From the human T2T-CHM13v2.0 reference genome, Homo sapiens, in assembly GCF_009914755.1 (NCBI RefSeq), contig NC_060945.1: 64,000 bases of DNA; one strand, given 5' to 3'. The position numbers and the translations under genes are program-made. Below the pieces are notes generated by a model. The model did not search any database, was not told where the DNA came from, and saw only the letters and a program-made list of their open reading frames with translations. Shown here in pieces: positions 42,301 to 55,200 of the stretch. Numbering within the stretch: the stretch's first letter is position 1; every line of letters starts with the position of its first letter.

Positions 42301-45300
42301 CGTAATGGAATTAACTCGAGGTGAATGGAATGGAATGGGATGGAATGGAATGGAATCATCCCCAGTGAAAAGGAATGGAAAGGAATGGAATGGGATGGAA
42401 TGGAATGGAATCATCCCCAGTGAAAAGGAATGGAAAGGAATGCAATGGAATGGAAAGGAATGCATTGGAATCAACTACAATTGAATGGAATGGAATGGAA
42501 TGCATTGGAATCAACTGGAATGGAATGGAATGGAATGGAATGCATTGGAATCAACTGGAATAGAATGGAATGGAATGGAATGGAATGGAAAGGAACGGAA
42601 TATAATTGAATGGAATGGAATGGAATCAATCCAAGTGGAGTGGAATGGAATGGAACGGAAATGAATGGAATGGAATGGAACGTAATGGAATTAACTCGAG
42701 GTGAATGGAATGGAATGGGATGGAATGGAATGGAATCATCCCCAGTGAAAAGGAATGGAAAGGAATGGAATGGGATGGAATGGAATGGAATAATCCCCAG
42801 TGAAAAGGAATGGAAAGGAATGCAATGGAATGGAATGGAATGCATTGGAATCAACTAGAATTGAATGGAATGGAATGGAATGCATTGGAATCAACTGGAA
42901 TGGAATGGAATGGAATGGAATGCATTGGAATCAACTGGAATAGAATGGAATGGAATGCAATGGAATGGAATGGAATGGAATGGAATGGAATGGAATGGAA
43001 TGGAACGAAATCAATCCGGGTTGAATGGAATGGAATGGAATGGAGTGGAATGGAACACAACGGAGTGGAATGGAATGGAATGGAAAAGAATGGAGTCAAA
43101 CCGAATGGAATGGAATGGAATGGTATGGAATGGAATGGAATGGAATGTAATGGAATGGAATGGAATGCAACGGAATGCTATGGAATCAACCCGAGTGGAA
43201 TGGAAATGAATGGAATGGAATGGATTCAACCAAGTGGAATGGAATGGAATGGAATGCAACGGAATCAACCCAAGTGGAATGGAATGGAAAGGAATGGAAT
43301 GGAAAGGAATGGAATGGAATGGAATGGAAAGGAATGGAAAGGAATCAACCAAAGAGGAAAGGAATGGAATGGAATCAACCCTTGTGTAAAGGAATGGAAT
43401 GGAATTGAAAGTAATGGAATGGAATAGTATAGTATCAAACGGAGTGGAATGGTATGGAATGGAATGGAATGGAACGGAATGGACTGGAATAAATGGAATG
43501 GAATGGAATGGAATCAACCCCACGGAAATAGAATGGAATATAATGGAATGGAATAAACCCGAGTAGAACAGAATGGAATGGAATGGAATGGAATGGAATG
43601 AAATGGAATGTCATGGAATGGAATGCAATGGAATGTCATGGAATGGAATGGAATGGAATGGAATCAACCAGAGTGGAATGGAACTGAATGGAATGGAATG
43701 GAATGGAATGGGATGCAATGGAATGGAATGGAATGGAATGGAATCAACCCGAGTGTAATGGAACGGAATGGAATGGAATGGAATGGAATGGAATGGAATG
43801 GAATGGAATGGAAAGGAATGGCATGGAATGGAATGGAATGCAATCAGCCTGAGTGGAATGGAATGTAATGGAATGCAATGGAATGGAATGGAAAGTAATG
43901 GAACGGAAAAGAATGGATTGGAATAAAATGGAATGAACCTGAATGGAATGGAAGGAATGAACGCGAATGGAATGGAATTGAATGGAACGGATTGGAATGG
44001 AATGGAATGGAATGGAATCAAACCAAGTGGAAAGGAATGGAATGGAATGGAGTGGAATGGAAAGGAATTGAATGGAATGGAATAGAATGGAATGGAATGG
44101 AATGGAATCAATCGGAATGGAATGGAATGGAAAGGAATGGAATGCTATGGAATCAACCCGAGTGTAATGTAAATGAATGGAATGGAATGGAATGGAATTG
44201 AAAGGAATGGAATGGAATGGAATAGAATGGAATCAACCTGAATGGGATGGAAAGGAATGGAATGGAATGGAATGGAATGCTATGGAATCAACCCGAGTGT
44301 AATGGAAATGAAAGGAATGGAATGGAATGGAAAGGAATGGAATGGAATGGAATCAACCCAAGTGCAATGGAATGGAATAGAATGCAGCGGAATCAACCCG
44401 AGTGGAATAGAATAGAAAGGCATGCAATGGAATGGAATGGAAAGCAACAGAATGGAATCAACCCGACTGCAATGGAATGGAATGGAAAGGAATGAAGGGA
44501 ATGGAATGGAATTGAAAGGTATGGAATCAACCCGAATGGAATGGAATGGAATGGATTGGAGTGGAATGGAATGGAATGGAGTGGAATGGAAAGCAATGCA
44601 ATGGAATGGAATGGATTAGAATGGAATGGAAAGGAATGGAATTGAAAGGCATGGAATGAACCCGAATTCAATGGAATGGAATGGAATGGAATGGAATGGA
44701 ATGGAATGGAATAGAATCAAATCGAGTGGAATGGAATGTAATGGAATTGGGTGGAATGGAATGGAATTGAATGGAATGCAATGGAATGGAATGGAATGGA
44801 ATCAACACGAATGGAATGGAATGGAATGGCATGGAATCAACCCGATTGGAATGGAATGGTATGGAATTCAATGGAATGGAATGGAATGCAATGGTATGGA
44901 ATCAACCCGAGTGGAACATTATCGAATGCAATGGAATGGAACGGAATGGAATGGAATAAAATGTAATGGAATGGAATGGAATCAACCGGAGTGGAATGGA
45001 ATGGAATGCAGTGGAATGGAATATGATGGAATTGAATGGAATTAAATGGAAAGGAACGGAATGGAATCAACACGAGTGGAATGGAATGGAATGGAATGGA
45101 ATGGAATCAACAAGAGTGGAATGGAATGGAATGGAATGGAATGCAATGGAATGAAACGTAATATAATGGAATGGAATGGAAACATCCCGAGTGGAATGGA
45201 ATGTTATGGAATGCAATGGAACGGAATGTAGCAGAACGGAATGGAATGGAACGGAGTAGAAAGAATCAGAGAGGAATTGAATGGAGAGGAATAGATTGGA

Positions 45301-46209
45301 ATGGAATGCAATGGATTCAATGCTAGTTGAACATCATGGATTGGAAAGGAATGGAATGGAATGGAATGGAGTGGAATGGAATGGAATAGAATCAACTTGA
45401 GTGGAAGGGAATGTAATGGAATGGAGTGGAATGGAATGGAGTGGAATGGAATGGAATGGAATAGAATGGAATGGAATGGATTGGAATGGAGTGGAATGGA
45501 ATGGAATGGAATGGAATGGAATGGAATGGAATGGAATGGAATCATCCCGAGTGGAATGGAATGGTATGGAATGCAATTGAATGGAATGGAACAGAACGGA
45601 AAGGAGTGCAATGGAATAGATGGAATCCGAGAGGAATTGACTGGAGTGGAATGGATTGGAATGGAATGCAAGGGATTCAACCCAATTGAATGTCATGGAT
45701 TGGAAAGGAGTGGAATGGAATGGAATGGAAAGGAGTGGAATGGAATGGAATGGAAACAACAAGAATGGAATGGAACGGAATGGAATGGAATGGAATGGAA
45801 TGGAATGGAATGGAATGGAATGGAATGGAAACAACACGAATGGAATGGAACGGAACGCAATGGAATGGAATGGGATCAACCCAAGCGCAATGGAATGGAA
45901 TAGTATGCAACGGAATGAACACGAGAGGAATGGAATAGAAAGGCATGCAATGCAATGGAATGGAAAGCAATGGAATGGAATCAAGCCGAATGGAATGGAA
46001 TCAAGCCGAATGGAATGGAATGGAATGGAAAGGAATGAATGGAACGGAATGGAATGCAAAGATATGGAATCAACCCGAGTGGAATGGAATGGAATGGAAT
46101 GGAATGGAGTGGAATGGAAGGCATTGCAATGGAATGGAATGGAATGGAATGTAACAGAACGGAATGGAATTGAATGGCACGGAATGAACACGAATGGAAT
46201 GGAATGGAA

Positions 46210-49200
46210 TAGAATCAACTCGAGTGGAATGGAATGGAATGGAATGGAGTGGAATGGAATGGAATTGAATGGAATGGAATGGAATGGAATGGAATGGAAT
46301 GGAATCAGCCTGAATGGAATGGAATGGAATGGAATGGAATGGAATGGCATGGAATCAAGCCGAGTGGAATGGAATGGAATGGAATTCAATGGAATGGAAT
46401 GGAATGGAATGGTATGGAATCAACACGAGTGGAATATTATCGAGTGGAATGGAATGGAACGGAATGGAATGGAATAAAATGTAATGGAATGGAGTGGAAT
46501 CAACCAGAGTGGAATGGAATGGAATGGAGTGGAATGGTATATAATGGAATGGAATGGAATTAAATAGAAAGGAACGGAATGGAATCAACACGAGTGGAAC
46601 GGAATGGAATGGAAAGGAATCAACCCGAGTGGAATGAAATGGAATGTAATGCAACGAAATGGAGCGGAATAAACCTGAGTCGAATGCAATGCAATGGAAT
46701 GGAAAGGAGTGGAATTGAATGGAATGGAATGGAATGGAATGGAATGGAATGGAACGGAATGGAATCCAATGGAATCAACTGGAATGGAATAGCATAGAAT
46801 GGAATGGAATGGAGTGGAATCAATCCGCGTGGAATGCAAGGGAATGCATGGAGTGGAATGGAATGCAATGGAGTGGAATGGAATGGAATGCAGTGGAATT
46901 TAATGGAATGGAATCATCCCGAATGGAATGGAACGGAATGGAATGGAATGAAATGAAATGGAACCAACCCAAATGGGATGGAATGGAATGGAATGGAATG
47001 GAATGGAATGGAATGGAATGGGATGGGATGGGATGGGATGGGATGGAATGGAATGGAATGGAATGGAATGGAATGGAATGGAATGGAATGCAATGGAATG
47101 CAATGGAATGCTATGGAATCAACCTGAGTATAAAGGAAATGCATGGAATGGAATGGAATGGAATGGAATGGAATCAACCCAAGTGCAATGGAATGGAATG
47201 GAATGCAACGGAATCAACCCGAGGGGAATGGAATGAAAAGGATTGGAATGAAATGGAATGGAAAGGAATGGAATGGAATCAATCCGAATGGAATGGAATG
47301 GAATGGAAAGGAATGAATGGAATGGAATGGAATGGAATGGAGTGGAATGGTATGGAATCAACCCGAGTGGAATGGAATGGACTGGAATGGAATAGAATGG
47401 AATGGAATGGAATGGAATGGAATGAATAGAATGGAATCAACTATAATGGAATGGAATGGAATGGAATGGAATGCTATGGAATCAACCCGAGGGTAATGGA
47501 AATGAATGGAATGGAATGGAATGGAATGGAATCAACCCAAGTGCAATGGAATGGAATAGAATGCAACGGAATCAACCCGAGTGGAATGGAATAGAAAGGC
47601 ATGCAACGGAATGGAATGGAAAGCAATGGAATGGAATAAACCCGAATGGAATGGAATGGAAAGGAGTGAAGGGAATGGAATGGAATGGAAAGGTATGGAA
47701 TCAGCCCGAGTTCAATGGAATGGAATGGAATGGAATGGAATGGAATGGAATGGAATGGAATGCAATGGAATGGAATGGAATGGAGTGCAATGGAAGACAA
47801 TGCAATGGAATGTAATGGAATGGAATGGAACAGAACGGAATGGAATTGAATGGCATGGAATGAACCCGAATGGAATGGAATGGAATGGAATGGAATGGAA
47901 TGGAATGGAATGGAATGGAATGGAATGGAATAGAATCAACACGAGTGGAATGGAATGTAATGGAATGGAGTGGAATGGAATGGAATTGAGTGGAATGGAA
48001 TGGAATGGAATGGAATGGAATGGATTGGAATAGAATCAACCTGAATGGAATGTAATGGAATGGAATGGCATGGAATCAACCCGAGAGGAAAGGAATGGAA
48101 TGGAATTCAATGGAATGGAATGGAATGGAATAGTATGGAATCAACCCGAGTGGAATATTATCGAATGGAATGGAATGGAACGGAATGGGTTGGAGTAAAA
48201 TGTAATGGAATGGAATGGAATCAACCGGAGTGGAATGGAATTATATGGAGTGGAATGGTATATAATGGAACGGAATGGAATTAAATGGAAAGGAATGGAA
48301 TGGAATCAACACGAGTGGAAGGGAATGCAATGTAATGGAATGGAATCAACCCGAGTGGAATGGAATGGAATGGAATGGAATGGAATGCAATGGAATGAAA
48401 CGGAATATAATGGAATGGAATGTAAACATCCCGAGTGGAATGGAATGGTATGGAAGGCAATGAAACGAAATGGAACAGAACGGAATGGAATGGAAAGGAA
48501 TAGATTGAATCAGAGAGGAATTGAATGGAGAGGAATGGATTGGAATGGAATGCAATGGATTCAACCCTAGTTGAATGTCATGGATTGGAAAGGAATGCAA
48601 TGGAATGGAATGGAATGGAGTGGAATGGAATGGAGTGCAATCAACACGAATGGAATGGAACGGAATGGAATGAAATGGAATGGAATAGGAAACAACGCGA
48701 ATAGAATGGAACGGAATGGAATGGAATGCCGTGGAATGGAATGGAATGGAATGAAATAAACAGGAATAGAATGGAACGGAATGGAATGGAATGGAATGGA
48801 ATGGAATGGAGTGAAATGGAAAGGAACGGAATGGAATTAACACAAGTGGAATTGAATGGAATGGAAAGGAATCAACCCGAGTGGAATGAAATGGAATGTA
48901 ATGAAATGGAATGGAGCGGAATCAACCTGAGTGGAATGGAATGGAATGGAATGGAATGGAATGGAATGGAATGGAATGCAATGGAATGGAATGGAATGGA
49001 ATCAACCCGAATGGAATGGAACGGAATGGAATGGAATGGAATGGAATGGAATGCAATGGAATGGAATGGAATGGAATCAACCCGAATGGAATGGAATGGA
49101 AAGGAATGGAAAGGAATGGAATGGAATGGAATAGAATGGAATGGAATCATCCCGAGTGGAATGGAATGGTATGGAATGCAATGGAATGGAATGGAACAGA

Positions 49201-52200
49201 ATGGAAAGGATTGGAATGGAATAGATTGAATCCGAGAGGAATTGACTGGAGTGGAATGGATTGGAATGGAATGCAAGAGATTCAACCCAATTGAATGTCA
49301 TGGATTGGAAAGGAGTGGAATGGAATGGAATGGAAAGGAGTGGAATGGAATGGAATGGAATCAACACGAATGGAATGTAACGGAATGGAATGGAATGGAA
49401 TGGAATGGAAACAATACGAATGGAATGGAAGGGAATGGAATGGAATTAAATGCTGTGGAATGGAATGGAATGGAATGAAATAAACAGGAATAGAATGGAA
49501 CGGAATGGAATGGAAAGGAATGGAATGGAATGAAATGGAAAGAAACGGAATGGAATTAACCCGACTGGAACGGAATGGAATGGAAAGGAATCAATCCGAG
49601 TGGAATGAAATGGAATATAATGCAATGGAATGGAGCGGAAACAACCTGAGTCGAATGCAATGGAATGGAATGGAAAGGAGTGGAATGGAATGGAATGGAA
49701 TGGAATGGAATGGAATGGAATCGAATCGAATGGAATGCTATGGAATCAAACCGAGTGGAATGGAATGGAATGGAATGGAGTGGAATGGAATGGAATTGAA
49801 TGGAGTGGAATGGAATGGAATGGAATGGAATAGAATGGAATGGATTGGAATGGAATGGAATGGATTGGAATAGAATGGAATGGAATCAACACGAATGTAA
49901 TGGAATGGAATGGAACGGAATTGAATGGAATGGAATGGAAAAAACACGAATAGAATGGAACGGAATGGAATGGAATGCTGTGGAATGGAATGGAATGGAA
50001 TGAAAGAAACACAAATAAAATGGAACGGAAGGGAATGGAATGGAATGGAATGGAATGGAATGGAATGGAGTGAAAAGGAAAGGAATGGAATGGAATTAAC
50101 CCAAGTGGAATTGAATGGAATGGAAAGGAATCAACCCGAGTGGAATGAAATGGAATGTAATGCAATGGAATGGAGCGGAATCAACCTGAGAGGAATGGAA
50201 TGGAATGGAATGGAATGGAATGGAATGGAATGGAATGGAATGCAATGGAATGGAATGGAATGGAATCAACCCGAATGGAATGGAAAGGAATGGAATGGAA
50301 AGGAATTGAATGCAATTGAATGGAATGGAATGGAATAGAATGGAATCAACCAGAATGGAATGGAATGGAATGGAATGGAATGGAACGGAACGGAATCATC
50401 CCGAGTGGAATGGAATGGTATGGAATGCAATGGAATGGAATGGAACAGAATGGAAAGGAATGGAATGGAATAGATTGAATCCGAGAGGAATTGACTGGAG
50501 TGGAATGGATTGGAATGGAATGCAAGTGATTCAACCCAGTTGAATGTCATGGATTGGAAAGGAGTGGAATGGAATGGAATGGAATGGAATGGAAAGGAGT
50601 GGAATGGAATGGAATGAAATCAATACGAATGGAATGGAACGGAATGGAATGGAATGGAATGGAATGGAATGGAATGGAAACAACACGAATGGAATGGAAA
50701 GGAACGGAATGGAATAGAATGCTGTGGAATGGAATGGAATGGAATGGAAAGAAATGGAATGGAATGGACCGGAATGGAATCCAATGGAATGAAGTGGAAT
50801 GGAATAGCATAGAATGGAATGGAATAGAATGGAATCAACCAGAACGGATTGGAATGGAAAGGAATGGAATGGAATGGAATGGAATGGAATGCTATCGAAT
50901 CAAGACGAGTGTAATGGTAATGAATGGAATGGAATGGAATGGAATGGAATGGAATGGAATGAAATGGAATCAACCCAAGTGCAATGGAATGGAATAGAAT
51001 GAAACGGAATCAACCCGAGTGGAATGGAATAGAAAGGCATGCAAAGGAATCGAATGGAAAGCAATGGAATGGGATCACCTCGACTGGAATGGAATGGAAT
51101 GGAAAGGAATGAAGGGAATGGAATGGAATGGAAAGGTATGGAATCAATCCGAGTCGAATGGAATGGAATGGAATGGAATGGAGTGGAATGGAACGGAATG
51201 GAATTGAATGGCATGGAATGAACCCGAAAGGAATGGAATGGAATGTAATGGAATGGAATGGAATAGAAACAACTCGAGTGCAATGGAATGTAATGGAATG
51301 GAGTGTAATGGAATGGAATGGAATGGAATGGAATGGAATGGAATCAACCCGAATGGAATGGAATAGAATGGAATGGAATGGAATGGAATTGAATCAACCT
51401 GAATGGAATGGAACGGAATGGAACGGAAAGGAATGGAATGGAATGGAATGGAATAGAATGGAATCAACCAGAATGGGATGGAATGGAACGGAATGGAATG
51501 GAATGGAATGTGATCCTATTGAATCAACCCGAGTGTAATGAAAATGAATGGAATGGAATGAAATGGATTGGAATGGAATGGAATGGAATCAACCCGAGTG
51601 GAATGGAATGGAATGGAATGGAGTGCAATGGAATTGAATTCAATGGAGTGGAATGGAATGGAATGGAATGGAATAGATTGGATTAGAATAGAATGGAGTG
51701 GAATCAACACAAATGGAATGGAATGGAATGGAATGGACTGGAATGGAATGGAAACAACACGAATAGAATGGAACGGAATGGAATGGAATGCTGTGGAATG
51801 GAATGGAATGGAATGAAATAAACACGAATAGAATGGAACGGAATGGAATGGAATGGAATGGAATGGAATGGAATGGAATGGAAAGGAATCAGCCAGAATG
51901 GAATGGAATGGAATGGTATGGAATCAACCCAAGTGGAATGGAAAGGAATGGAATGCAATGGAATGAAATGGAATATAATGGAATGGAATGGACCATCACG
52001 AGTGGAATGGAATGGTATGGAATGCAATGGAACGGAAGGGAACAGAACGGAATATAATGGAACTGAATAGATTGAATCAGACAGGTATTGAATGGAGAGG
52101 AATGGATTGGAATGGAATGAAATGGATTCAACCCTAGTTGAATGTCATGGATTGGAAAAGAATGGAATGGAATGGAATGGAATGGATTGGAATAGAATGG

Positions 52201-55200
52201 AGTGGAATCAACACGAATGTAATGGAATGGAATGGAATGGAAGGGAATTGAATGGAATGGAATGGAAACAACACGAATAGAATGGAACGGAATGGAATGG
52301 AATGCTGTGGAATGGAATGGAATGGAATGAAATAAACACAAATAGAATGGAATGGAATGGAATGGAATGGAATGGACTGTAATGGAAAGGAACGGACTGG
52401 AATTAACCCAAGTGTAATTGAATGGAATGGAAAGGAATCAACCCTAGTGGAATGAACTGGAATGTAATGCAATGGAATGGAGCAGAATCAACCTGAGGGG
52501 AATGGAATGGAATGGAATAGAATGGAATGGAATGGAATGGAATGGAATGGAATGGAATGGAATGGAATGCAATGGAATGGAATGGAATCAACCCGAATGG
52601 AAAGGAAAGGTATGGAATGGAAAGGAATGGAATGGAATGGAATGGAAAGGAATGGAATGGAATGGAAGAGAATGGAATCAACCAGAATGGAATGGAATGG
52701 AATGGAATGGAATCATCCCGAGAGGAATGGAATGGTATGGAATGCAATGGAATGGAATGGAACAGAAGGGAAAGGAATAGAATGGAATAGATTGAATCCG
52801 AGAGGAATTGACTGGAGTGGAATGGATTGGAAAGGAATGCAAGGGATTCAACCCAGTTGAATGTCATGGATTGGAAATGAGTGGAATGGAATGGAATGGA
52901 ATGGAAAGGAGTGGAATGGAATTGAATGGAATCAACACGAATGGAATGGAACGGAATGGAATGCAATGGAATGGAATGGAATGGAATACAATGGAATCAA
53001 CCAGAATGGAATGGAATGGAATGGAATGGAATGGAATGGAATGGAATGGAATGCTATGGAATCAACCCGAGTGTAATGGAAATGAAATGAATGGAATGGA
53101 ATGGAATGGAATGGAATGGAATAGAATGGAATCAACCCAAGTGCAACGGAATGGAATAGAATGCTATGGAATCAACCCGAGCGGAATGGAATAGAAAGGC
53201 ATGCAATGGAATGGAATGGAAAGCAATGGAATGGAATCAACCCGACTGGAATGGAAAGGAATGGAAAGTAATGAAGGGAATGGAATGGAATTGAAAGGTA
53301 TGGAATCAACCCGAGTGGAATGGAATGGAATGGAAGGGAATGGAATGGAATGGAGTGGAATGGAAGGCAATGCAATGGAATGGAATGGCATGGAATGGAA
53401 CTGAACGGAATGGAATTGAATGGCATAGAATGAACCCGAATGGAATGGAATGGAATGGAATGGAATGGAATGGAATATAATCAACTCGAGTGGAATGTAA
53501 TGGAATGGAATGGACCGGAATGGAATGGAATATAATCAACTCGAGTGGAATGGAATGGAATGGAATGGAGTGGAATGGAATGGAATTGAATGGAATGGAA
53601 TGGAATGGAATGGAATGGAATGGAATGGAATCAGCCTGAATGGAATGGAATGGAATGGAATGGAATGGAATGGAATCAGCCTGAATGGAATGGAATGGAA
53701 TGGAATGGAATGGAATGGAATGGCATGGAATCAAGCCGAGTGGAATGGAATGGAATGGAATTCAATGGAATGGAATGGAATGGAATGGTATGGAATCAAC
53801 ACGAGTGGAATATTATCGAGTGGAATGGAATGGAACGGAATGGAATGGAATAAAATGTAATGGAATGGAGTGGAATCAACCAGAGTGGAATGGAATGGAA
53901 TGGAGTGGAATGGTATATAATGGAATGGAATGGAATTAAATAGAAAGGAACGGAATGGAATCAACACGAGTGGAACGGAATGGAATGGAAAGGAATCAAC
54001 CCGAGTGGAATGAAATGGAATGTAATGCAACGAAATGGAGCGGAATAAACCTGAGTCGAATGCAATGCAATGGAATGGAAAGGAGTGGAATGGAATGGAA
54101 TGGAATGGAATGGAATGGAATGGAATGGAACGGAATGGAATCCAATGGAATCAACTGGAATGGAATAGCATAGAATGGAATGGAATGGAGTGGAATCAAT
54201 CCGCGTGGAATGCAAGGGAATGCATGGAGTGGAATGGAATGCAATGGAGTGGAATGGAATGGAATGCAGTGGAATTTAATGGAATGGAATCATCCCGAAT
54301 GGAATGGAACGGAATGGAATGGAATGAAATGAAATGGAACCAACACAAATGGGATGGAATGGAATGGAATGGAATGGAATGGAATGGGATGGAATGGAAT
54401 GGAATGGAATGGAATGGAATGGAATGGGATGGAATGGAATGGAATGGAATGGAATGGAATGGAATGCAATGGAATGCAATGGAATGCTATGGAATCAACC
54501 TGAGTATAAAGGAAATGCATGGAATGGAATGGAATGGAATGGAATGGAATGGAATCAACCCAAGTGCAATGGAATGGAATGGAATGCAACGGAATCAACC
54601 CGAGGGGAATGGAATGAAAAGGATTGGAATGAAATGGAATGGAAAGGAATGGAATGGAATCAATCCGAATGGAATGGAATGGAATGGAAAGGAATGAATG
54701 GAATGGAATGGAATGGAATGGAGTGGAATGGTATGGAATCAACCCGAGTGGAATGGAATGGACTGGAATGGAATAGAATGGAATGGAATGGAATGGAATG
54801 AATAGAATGGAATCAACTATAATGGAATGGAATGGAATGGAATGGAATGCTATGGAATCAACCCGAGGGTAATGGAAATGAATGGAATGGAATGGAATGG
54901 AATGGAATCAACCCAAGTGCAATGGAATGGAATAGAATGCAACGGAATCAACCCGAGTGGAATGGAATAGAAAGGCATGCAACGGAATGGAATGGAAAGC
55001 AATGGAATGGAATCAACCCGAATGGAATGGAATGGAAAGGAATGAAGGGAATGGAATGGAATGGAAAGGTATGGAATCAACCCGAGTTCAATGGAATGGA
55101 ATGGAATGGAATGGAATGGAATGCAATGGAATGGAATGGAATGGAGTGCAATGGAAGACAATGCAATGGAATGTAATGGAATGGAATGGAACAGAACGGA

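Larger units (their letters stand above)
37592..44772 (+). repeat. Domain III: tandem dimer of a ~3.6 kb unit (37592-41190 / 41191-44772)
   Basis: CAGTGTTATCCCGAG at 37901/41494, ATTCCATTGC at 38526/42124, GGAATTGGGTGG at ~41166/~44743. Paired pseudo-ORF offsets run 3572-3603 bp (38035/41638, 38632/42230, 39976/43573, 40850/44422). Confidence 0.9.

Noticed and set aside
37592-44772. 3.6 kb unit as DYZ1 (Yq12, ~3.56 kb HSat3 repeat)
   Set aside because: Only the size matches. There are just two copies, with long perfect GGAAT tracts and abundant CAACCCGAGT spacers, whereas DYZ1 as I recall it is far more degenerate and forms very long arrays. A direct alignment would settle it.
47127-47136. 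TATA-like TATAAAGG (also ~54505, ~60977) and scattered AATAAA hexamers
   Set aside because: These are simple point variants of GAGTGTAATGG and GGAATCAAC/GGAATGGAAT and are expected in an A-rich repeat. There is no promoter or 3'-end context.
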